Source: a virus (Duplodnaviria > Heunggongvirae > Uroviricota > Caudoviricetes). From it: DNA of 19,841 nucleotides. The notes below the pieces were generated by a model. That model searched no databases, had not been told where the DNA came from, and was given only the letters and a program-made list of their open reading frames with translations. The stretch is taken from positions 1 to 19,841 of the IMG/VR virus record IMGVR_UViG_2541047861_000012; one strand, given 5' to 3'. Positions 8,001 to 14,397 of this stretch are shown here, piece after piece. The translations under genes and the position numbers were made by a program. Within the stretch, counting starts at the first letter, position 1; every line of letters begins with the position of its first letter.

Positions 8001-8150
8001 CCTTTAAATAATTCTGTACAGATTGCAGACTGGGGGTGAATAGCGTACTATTACCTCACGGGTGATCCATAGCGATTAGGCACCGATACAGGAGGAGCCC
8101 ACATGAGAAAATTTGACGAGTACGAAGGCGTTTAACATTCGGATAGTTCA

Positions 8151-8167
8151 TTTACCCTAATGGTAAA
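8151..8167. promoter_or_regulatory. operator-like palindrome TTTACC-N5-GGTAAA (copy 2), about 40 bp upstream of gene 8207-8842
   Basis: TTTACC (8151-8156), CTAAT, GGTAAA (8162-8167); TA-rich -10-like sequence TATATATTAT at 8187-8196; GAGG SD at 8197-8200. Confidence 0.35.
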
Positions 8168-8206
8168 TCCCGCTTAAAGAAGCATCTATATATTATGAGG
8201 TGATGT

Positions 8207-8842
8207 ATGCCACAACAACTGCTGAATCCGGCAAAGGTAACTGAGGTTTTCGCTCATCTGAACGAAACTCCAGACAACCGCGCCCTGTATTCAGAGTTAG
8301 TGAACGGCAACGATGTCACATCTGATGTCAAAGGCGTTTCTCTGGCTCCTGGATACCGCGTTGTCCGTGTAGACGATCGTAAGAAAGGCGAGATTCCACA
8401 GGCGCACTTTGAACTGTCATTGATAAATGACCTCACCGAAGAGGTAGTGTATTACAATCGTGTCATTATCCAGCCTGACAGCTATCTTAACTGCCGTCCT
8501 GTCACGCAGATATTGGTATGGAGAACCCAGAAGCCTAAGCATCGTGCTGTGCTTCATGATTTCGCTGGCATCATCTTCATGAACTACCTCTTGGAACGGT
8601 ACGATATCATCGTGTCTGATCGCAACCAGACTCATGAAGGCATGTCGTTCTGGCAGGCTCGCATGTATGACGCACTGGAACTTGGCCTCCATCTCTATGG
8701 TTACGACATGATGACATGCGAACTTATAGAGATGAATAACGAGGAAGAACTTGAGAAAGGTGAAACCTGGTTGTGGGGTGATGCGGAAAACTTCCAAAAC
8801 AGATTGGCCATAATTTCAAAGCATAAGCTGCCAATAAAATAG
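8207..8842 (+). CDS. hypothetical protein, 211 aa, no recognisable domain (orphan moron between the two antirepressor genes)
   Basis: ATG 8207 with GAGG SD 6 nt upstream; uninterrupted 211-codon ORF; no TM segment or signal peptide; own strong terminator at 8851-8871; lies inside the segment bracketed by the 256-bp inverted repeat. Confidence 0.7.
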   Translation: MPQQLLNPAKVTEVFAHLNETPDNRALYSELVNGNDVTSDVKGVSLAPGYRVVRVDDRKKGEIPQAHFELSLINDLTEEVVYYNRVIIQPDSYLNCRPVTQILVWRTQKPKHRAVLHDFAGIIFMNYLLERYDIIVSDRNQTHEGMSFWQARMYDALELGLHLYGYDMMTCELIEMNNEEELEKGETWLWGDAENFQNRLAIISKHKLPIK

Positions 8843-8850
8843 TTCTTTAA

Positions 8851-8871
8851 GCCCGCGCCGCGGGCTTTTTT
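8851..8871 (+). terminator. rho-independent terminator of gene 8207-8842
   Basis: GC-rich hairpin GCCCGCG...CGCGGGC (8851-8865) followed by T6 (8866-8871). Confidence 0.7.
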
Positions 8872-8910
8872 GTGTCTGCGGATTCCCGCCCGGGCGGCGG
8901 TGGCATTCGT

Positions 8911-8935
8911 TAAAAACAAGGCCGCGAAAGCGGCC
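8911..8935 (-). terminator. rho-independent terminator of the arc-ant operon
   Basis: Stem GGCCGC (8920-8925) / GCGGCC (8930-8935) with GAAA loop; on the minus strand the hairpin is followed by UUGUUUUUA (plus 8911-8919). A further palindrome CCGCCCGGGCGG (8886-8897) lies between the two convergent terminators. Confidence 0.6.
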
Positions 8936-8963
8936 TGTGACATGTCACGCTAGTTTCGTTTTG

Positions 8964-9220
8964 CACGTCCCTGTGCCGCCGTTCTGTCAGAAGAACCCTG
9001 CCTTGTCGTTGATGTATTCCGCGTGCGTCTGGATATCACGCAGGCATTTGCTCACACCAACGATGTAGCAGAACATGGTGGTCAGCTCCGCCGCCGCGCC
9101 CGATACATCGTGCCCGTCTTCCTGTAACTGGTTCAGCAGATTCATCAGCAGTGAGTTCTCCGTCAGGCCGAGAACACCCGACGGCGAATGAATCAGACTG
9201 CGGTAGCCTGGCTTCAATGG
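8964..9220. repeat. inverted repeat copy B (3' end of gene 8987-9925 plus about 23 bp)
   Basis: Partner of 7745-8000; see copy A. Confidence 0.85.
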
Positions 9221-9925
9221 ATAACCATAACATTTTGTCTGTGTTTTAATTGCCTCACGAAGCGCATCTAACATCTTGACTGCCACTTCATCATTCTCTG
9301 ATGCAGATCCAGCAGGGAGATACTCCCCTTCAAGCGGAACCCGAGCAACAAGAGACAACGCTTCGGCAAATTGATCTTCACCAATTTCTTTGTACGAACA
9401 GCCAAAATGAGATTTCAGTGACGACCACATGGTGATCATCGCCTTAGCCTGTTTTTCTTTTGGCAGAGACTGACCGCGACTCATGACGAGTTGTTTAATG
9501 GCTTCCTGCTGTTCAGTTGTTATTTTACCCGGCAACGCCTTTTTAGCTTTGCGTGGGTTAACCACATGGCCTTTAGTCCAGTACTCGTAGAGCACATCGT
9601 CACACTCTTCCTGATACTGGATTACCTTGTCGCGGATTTCAGGGCGGACTTTGTTAGGGCTGATGCTGTTCAACCAAGCTGCCAATTTTCGTAAAGCCAT
9701 ACAAATCATGGCTTGCACCCCACCGGCAGAAGGTATGGTGATTTCCACCATACCCTTCGAGAAGCGTTGAGAAATCTTCTTATGTTGAGATTTCCAGTCT
9801 AGCCCCATTCCCTCAACGATAGGTTTCATTGGGGTATACGGTTCGCCGTTGTGATTGACAACATAAAGCTCTGCGCCGTGGAATGGCACGTTGATAGTAG
9901 ATACTGCTGTTGCTATACTCGTCAT
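8987..9925 (-). CDS. ant: antirepressor (Ant-like; AntA/P22-Ant-type N-terminal domain plus shared C-terminal module)
   Basis: 312 aa; follows the arc-like gene on the same strand after a 72-bp spacer; N-terminal region INVPFHGAELYVVNHNGEPYTPMKPIVEGMGLDWKSQHKKI resembles phage antirepressor N-terminal domains; C-terminal 77 aa identical to 7283-7978. The symbol is given by position and domain analogy to P22 ant. Confidence 0.8.
   Translation of the reverse strand: MTSIATAVSTINVPFHGAELYVVNHNGEPYTPMKPIVEGMGLDWKSQHKKISQRFSKGMVEITIPSAGGVQAMICMALRKLAAWLNSISPNKVRPEIRDKVIQYQEECDDVLYEYWTKGHVVNPRKAKKALPGKITTEQQEAIKQLVMSRGQSLPKEKQAKAMITMWSSLKSHFGCSYKEIGEDQFAEALSLVARVPLEGEYLPAGSASENDEVAVKMLDALREAIKTQTKCYGYPLKPGYRSLIHSPSGVLGLTENSLLMNLLNQLQEDGHDVSGAAAELTTMFCYIVGVSKCLRDIQTHAEYINDKAGFF
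9891..9919 (+). promoter_or_regulatory. candidate sigma70 promoter for an antisense (sar-like) RNA
   Basis: -35 TTGATA (9891-9896), 17-bp spacer, -10 TATACT (9914-9919); predicted start near 9926, i.e. opposite the ant start codon (9923-9925). Confidence 0.4.
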
Positions 9926-9999
9926 GTCGTTAATTCCTATACGTAGTTTTACGATACTGAAGCCCTGACGGTCTGGCCACCGTGGGGCTTCGCTGTTTT
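9926..9999 (+). ncRNA. predicted sar-like antisense RNA covering the arc-ant intercistronic region and ant ribosome-binding site
   Basis: Transcript predicted from promoter 9891-9919; ends at stem GAAGCCC (9959-9965) / GGGCTTC (9985-9991) with inner stem ACGG/CCGT, followed by GCUGUUUUA (9992-10000). About 70 nt, same size and topology as P22 sar RNA. Confidence 0.35.
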
Positions 10000-10165
10000 A
10001 TGCCACGCTATTCTTCTCACCAGTGAGTCCATACACTTTCCTCAGCTGATAGATAATCTCTGTATTGAACTTTCGGCATTCTTTTTCGCCATTTCTTTCA
10101 ATAGCTAACTTCACATCGTCCGGAAAACGAACTCGTCGTTGACACATCTCTTTTGCTTTTTGCAT
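9998..10165 (-). CDS. arc: Arc-like ribbon-helix-helix repressor
   Basis: AAGGAG SD 7 nt upstream of ATG 10165 (the longer ORF from 10186 lacks an SD); 55 aa MQKAKEMCQRRVRFPDDVKLAIERNGEKECRKFNTEIIYQLRKVY... matches the Arc/MetJ RHH pattern (compare P22 Arc RWPREV...NGRSVNSEIYQRV); first gene of an arc-ant operon. Confidence 0.8.
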   Translation of the reverse strand: MQKAKEMCQRRVRFPDDVKLAIERNGEKECRKFNTEIIYQLRKVYGLTGEKNSVA

Positions 10166-10179
10166 TTCATATCTCCTTA

Positions 10180-10248
10180 GCCCCACCGTGGGGCAAAATA
10201 ATTGTCACACCGTGCGTCATTGATGTCAAGCACACGGTGAGGCATACT
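10180..10248. promoter_or_regulatory. immI-type control region: overlapping divergent promoters with repeated CACCGTG/CACGGTG operator heptads
   Basis: Near-palindrome GCCCCACCGTGGGGC (10180-10194); CACCGTG at 10208-10214; CACGGTG at 10233-10239; a fourth copy GCCACCGTGGGGC at 9976-9988. Minus-strand promoter: -35 TTGACA (complement of 10224-10229), -10 GACAAT (complement of 10201-10206). Plus-strand promoter: -35 TTGATG (10220-10225), -10 CATACT (10243-10248). The heptad core matches the CCACGGTGG core I recall for the P22 Mnt operator. Confidence 0.55.
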
Positions 10249-10285
10249 TCAATCATTGCAAGTAACTCAATATTTGGTGAAGAAC

Positions 10286-10717
10286 ATGAGCAGAGAAGAT
10301 CCACAACTAAGGATCAGACTTCCCGTCGAAGTAAAAGAAAAAATAGAAATTTCTGCAAAAGCCAATAAGCGATCAATGAACGCTGAAATAGTACAACGTC
10401 TTGACACCAGCTTTCTGAAAGATATTCATGAAGATGACGTAATTTCTGCTTATGAAGCAAAAATCATTGCAAACAATGCACGACATGAAATATCAAATAT
10501 TATTTTCAAAAGAACCTTTAATGAAATTAATAAGAAAATAACACTTGGACATACAAGTTTTTATATAAACCTTAATGACCTTGAACTGGAATCACTTGCA
10601 GATAATGATTACCAGATCATCTTTGAAAAAACATTTAATAGGCTCAATGAACTAGGTTACATCATCTGTGAAAACTCATGGGATGCAGATGGTTTTGGAA
10701 TTGAAATACCTGAATAG
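10286..10717 (+). CDS. mnt: Mnt-like ribbon-helix-helix repressor with a novel C-terminal extension (chimeric)
   Basis: ATG 10286 preceded by GGTGA (the ORF track begins at TTG 10256); N-terminus MSREDPQLRIRLPVEVKEKIEISAKANKRSMNAEIVQRL closely parallels P22 Mnt (ARDDPHFNFRMPMEVREKLKFRAEANGRSMNSELLQIV); 143 aa versus 83 aa for Mnt; the extra acidic C-terminal part lies in the AT-rich block. Confidence 0.75.
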   Translation: MSREDPQLRIRLPVEVKEKIEISAKANKRSMNAEIVQRLDTSFLKDIHEDDVISAYEAKIIANNARHEISNIIFKRTFNEINKKITLGHTSFYINLNDLELESLADNDYQIIFEKTFNRLNELGYIICENSWDADGFGIEIPE

Positions 10718-10807
10718 GAAGAACAAAAGGCGTGTACATATTACACGTCTTTAATACAATTGAAAAACGCCACATTACTGATGTATGTTACAACAAGGAG
10801 CGATATT

Positions 10808-11371
10808 TTGAAAACCATATCTATATTAAAGGTTGCATTAGGCGTCGCTATTATTTTGACTCTCTCAATATTGTTTTATTTTTACCACAAACAAACTGCT
10901 ATTGCTCTTGATAGTCACGCGGCAAACTCATTTTTCTCAGAGTACATAGTGCCGCTATCAGGAAGCGGTATAACAAATAAATATACTGACTATGACATCA
11001 AATATGGAATTGATGATGGGGAGACTATTGTATTACATGTAATCATTAAAAACCTAATGACAGTAAATAAAAATACAGACTTCAACGATAAAAATACAAT
11101 ACATCACAACAACAGCAAAACATTAATTTCTTATAGTAGCAACATCTATACGGATAAATACCTAAAATACATATCAGAAGATACAATAAAAGAAACCCGC
11201 GAAAAGTTAAAAAACATATATTGTGCATCCGGCAGTTTTCACAAATTATCGCCGCAAGAGCGTTTATTCTACGAAGCAAGAAAACAACGTAAGTCAATAA
11301 TATTACATTATTATGCTGATTCAGGGGAGACACTCATATTTAATATTGGGGTTTCCCCTGAATCATGCTAA
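10808..11371 (+). CDS. single-pass membrane protein of unknown function in the sieA position (candidate superinfection-exclusion/defence moron)
   Basis: AAGGAG (10795-10800) 7 nt before in-frame TTG 10808; alternative in-frame starts at ATG 10781 and TTG 10760 (ORF track). N-terminal TM helix ISILKVALGVAIILTLSILFYFY then an Asn/Lys/Tyr-rich soluble domain; very low G+C; stop 11 bp from the stop of the convergent 1004-aa gene. Confidence 0.65.
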   Translation: MKTISILKVALGVAIILTLSILFYFYHKQTAIALDSHAANSFFSEYIVPLSGSGITNKYTDYDIKYGIDDGETIVLHVIIKNLMTVNKNTDFNDKNTIHHNNSKTLISYSSNIYTDKYLKYISEDTIKETREKLKNIYCASGSFHKLSPQERLFYEARKQRKSIILHYYADSGETLIFNIGVSPESC

Positions 11372-11382
11372 AGGTGTTTAAC

Positions 11383-14300
11383 TCACCGCATCACCGGATC
11401 CACTTGGTTTATTAGTGGCGCAATCCAGAACAGGTTATTGCCGGGTATCAGGGTTCGGACATTATGCACAATACGATCACCGGCATCACCATTCAACACT
11501 CCTGAGGTCACATCAATGATGCTATCCGCAAGACCAAATGACGGTCCGAATAGAGATCCTACGAATCCACGACTGGCATACCTGGACTGTGTGCCAGTGC
11601 CAAATAAAGCCCCCAGCCCAACAGCACCACCAGTCGCCTTTTCAGCCATGTTGTTATATTCCATCAATGGCCCAAGAATACCGGATCTATCTATACCCTC
11701 AAGCACCAGCTTCTCTGGTGACCAGTCAACATTTTTCCCTTTCGATGCTTCTTTAAGCGCATAGACCAGTGAGCCAAGAGCAATCTGAAATGCAGTGCCA
11801 TAATAAAATTGCGCAGTTCCTTCCTGTAACCCACCAAGTAGCGCACGGTTGTATGAAGCCGTTGTGAATGATTTAAACTGAAATATCGTTCGCCCCATTG
11901 GAGTACTCGCCCATAAAGGTGTGTCACCAATACCGGGGGTGATGATAGTGTTATTAACGTCTTTCAGAACCGCTGACTGGAATACTCCGGCAACGTACTG
12001 ATCGTCCCATTTATCAAAGTTACCAATGTGCCATCCATCAATTACCTCACCATGTTTCTCGAACTCACTGCGAATACGCGCAGCCATATTGTCGTTGATA
12101 CCGAGTTTTGCCATGCGACGTGCAGAAAACGCACCAGACAAAATACCGTCTGACGTGAGCATTCCGTTCATGGATTTGTTTATGTCATTAAATCGATCCA
12201 TGAGTGTCAGCTTGCCGAAGGCATCAGTAATTCGCTCCATTCCTGCTTCGACTGCTGTTGTCCTGGAAGAACTGTCAACAAGATCACCAATTGCACGAGA
12301 ACGTGAATGTAGTACAGTTTCCAATCCAATCCCCATCTTCAACATCTCTTCTTTGCTGGCCTTAAATGCCGGTGATTGGGATATCTGAGAAGCATAGCCT
12401 TTCATGGAGTTACGGAAACCATTAACCATAACCCCTCTGGCCAGATCTGGAATAGCTGATACTGTCATTCCACCGAGTTTGGTCGTGAAGTTCACATCCC
12501 GCAGAAAAGCGCCAGCACGAACAAAAAACGAAGACGGGTCATCAGGCATACCATATGTACCAACAAGACGATCGCGTAATGCTGTTATGTCTCTGAGATC
12601 ATTTGCTCTTGATTTTGAAAGTCTGGACTGTTCTTTCCGTAATTCCTTTTCGTACTTTCGCATTAATGAATCGAGTTTACCCTGAGGAACAACTTCACCA
12701 TTGCTCTCATAACGTGCTTTCAGATTTGCCACACTTTCGTCATATTTCGCCTTTATTTTTTCAGGCACTTCCCGTAACAGACTGTCATATTCGTCCTCAA
12801 TTAATTGCAGACGCTCTGTCATAGTTCGTTTGCCAAATGTTCTCGTCAACTCAATTTCTGCTGCCGCTTCACGGATATGACGTTGTAGAACGTAATTCAC
12901 ATCACTTTCGAGATAATCCCTGATAAGACTATCAGGCACATTTAATGTTCTTTCTTTCGTACTACCTGCGGCTTTTACAGAAAATACGCTGACAAAATCC
13001 TGTGGAACCTTAGCACCAGTAATTTTATTAATTACGATATCCGCTGCAATTTCAGCATCCTCAGGATCCAGTGTTTTATTGCCTCTCGACCACCAGTCAA
13101 CCAAAATACGTCGAAATTTATCGCGTTCACTGATTATTTTTCCAACTTTATATATACGTGGGAAATAGCTTGCCTGGCCTAATGCTTTCAGTTCTTCATC
13201 TGGCGGCAATAAACCAAGCTTTTGCATTTCAACCTTCACCCGATTTAATACAGTTCGCATCGCCTGCGCCGTTTCCTGAACAACAGGATTAGCATGCACA
13301 TCACCGCTTCGCATAGCATTCCCAACCTGCTGACGAAATGAATCAAAACTCATGTCACCACCATCAGCTTTATACTTTGCGTATGCCTGTTTATTTCCGA
13401 CAACAACAGCAGCTTCTTCACGCTGCCATCCACGTGTACGGGTTTCTACAGCTACCGGTGTTTCAATCCCCCTTTCATTTCCTTTAAGGGTGAAATTATT
13501 TTCGGCTAACTCCAGCGTTGTTTTTCGCACTGTCTTGGACGGAGACTCCATTAACCTTGTCAAAGGAGTAAGATAGCTCCCTGCTTTCCATGCAGCCTTT
13601 CCAACCACCCCACCGGAAACAGGGGTTAAATCATCCAGAGTCGCTGTATCAATTTTCATAGCACCAACACTACCACCATCAGAAAGCGAAGCGGCAGCCC
13701 TGTCAGTCGCTGATGTAATGCTCATATTATCAAGAGCATCAGCAACCTCACGCGTGGCTGCAGCCCGGACGGATGGCGAAAGCGCAACACCAGCACTGGC
13801 AAACACGCCGCTCATCATCGCACCCGCTGCAATGTGAGCGGCACTTTCACCCCATGAGCGTGTTATTTGCTGATTATTCAGCACAACCTCGCTTAATGCT
13901 GTACCGGCTGCACCAATCGCAATCTGTGAGCCAATACGCGCCAGTGCCCCTCCTTGAGCACCGGGGATAAACATTGACGCAACAGTAACCGGATCCATTC
14001 CCGCAGCAATACTGGCAAGGGTTCCAACTACGCCAGCATCAGACAATAAACGTCTGTCTTCATTTTCATCATCTATCTGCTGCTTAATCCACGCCGTTTC
14101 CTCTGGCGATCGGGAATCTGCAAATTTCGCCCCCCAGTATTCATAACCGTGCAACTCATTTTTATCAGCATATGGGTTATAACCTTCGACCGGTTCAAAC
14201 TGTCTGGCTGGTCGGAAAAAACCAGCCAGAATATTGTTCTGTCGCATTGCAGCCCCCCATACGGAAGGCTCCGGTGGCAATGGCTCAGGATTAGCCCCTT

Positions 14301-14397
14301 CCGGAAGGGCAACATCAAACCCAGTTTGTTCCGGCAAAACATTACCTGACGGGATCAGTCCGTTATTAAGATCTTCAGCTTGTGCATAAACTGGCAT
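11383..14397 (-). CDS. internal virion/ejection protein (large, gp16-like position)
   Basis: 1004 aa; start ATG overlaps the stop of the upstream gene by 1 nt (TAATG at 14395-14399); Gly/Ala-rich hydrophobic segments typical of podovirus core/ejection proteins; last large gene before the immI-like island, as gene 16 is in P22. Confidence 0.75.
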   Translation of the reverse strand: MPVYAQAEDLNNGLIPSGNVLPEQTGFDVALPEGANPEPLPPEPSVWGAAMRQNNILAGFFRPARQFEPVEGYNPYADKNELHGYEYWGAKFADSRSPEETAWIKQQIDDENEDRRLLSDAGVVGTLASIAAGMDPVTVASMFIPGAQGGALARIGSQIAIGAAGTALSEVVLNNQQITRSWGESAAHIAAGAMMSGVFASAGVALSPSVRAAATREVADALDNMSITSATDRAAASLSDGGSVGAMKIDTATLDDLTPVSGGVVGKAAWKAGSYLTPLTRLMESPSKTVRKTTLELAENNFTLKGNERGIETPVAVETRTRGWQREEAAVVVGNKQAYAKYKADGGDMSFDSFRQQVGNAMRSGDVHANPVVQETAQAMRTVLNRVKVEMQKLGLLPPDEELKALGQASYFPRIYKVGKIISERDKFRRILVDWWSRGNKTLDPEDAEIAADIVINKITGAKVPQDFVSVFSVKAAGSTKERTLNVPDSLIRDYLESDVNYVLQRHIREAAAEIELTRTFGKRTMTERLQLIEDEYDSLLREVPEKIKAKYDESVANLKARYESNGEVVPQGKLDSLMRKYEKELRKEQSRLSKSRANDLRDITALRDRLVGTYGMPDDPSSFFVRAGAFLRDVNFTTKLGGMTVSAIPDLARGVMVNGFRNSMKGYASQISQSPAFKASKEEMLKMGIGLETVLHSRSRAIGDLVDSSSRTTAVEAGMERITDAFGKLTLMDRFNDINKSMNGMLTSDGILSGAFSARRMAKLGINDNMAARIRSEFEKHGEVIDGWHIGNFDKWDDQYVAGVFQSAVLKDVNNTIITPGIGDTPLWASTPMGRTIFQFKSFTTASYNRALLGGLQEGTAQFYYGTAFQIALGSLVYALKEASKGKNVDWSPEKLVLEGIDRSGILGPLMEYNNMAEKATGGAVGLGALFGTGTQSRYASRGFVGSLFGPSFGLADSIIDVTSGVLNGDAGDRIVHNVRTLIPGNNLFWIAPLINQVDPVMR

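Noticed and set aside
8254-8943. Minus-strand ORFs 8254-8436, 8417-8797 and 8701-8943 opposite the orphan gene
   Set aside because: Antisense to a well-supported plus-strand gene with SD and terminator; no start signals of their own.
7745-9220. Inverted repeat as a Gin/Hin/Cin-type invertible tail-fibre switch
   Set aside because: The repeats lie in antirepressor genes, not tail-fibre genes; no serine-recombinase gene is in the window; inversion would not change either protein. Homologous inversion of the intervening gene remains possible and is reported as a finding.
10166-10186. Longer start (ATG 10186) for the Arc-like gene
   Set aside because: AAGGAG lies just upstream of ATG 10165, and the extra seven codons would overlap the operator/promoter sequence.
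10256-10285. TTG 10256 as the start of the Mnt-like gene
   Set aside because: The in-frame ATG at 10286 has a GGTGA ribosome-binding site and gives an N-terminus aligned with Mnt; the extension would start inside the promoter region.
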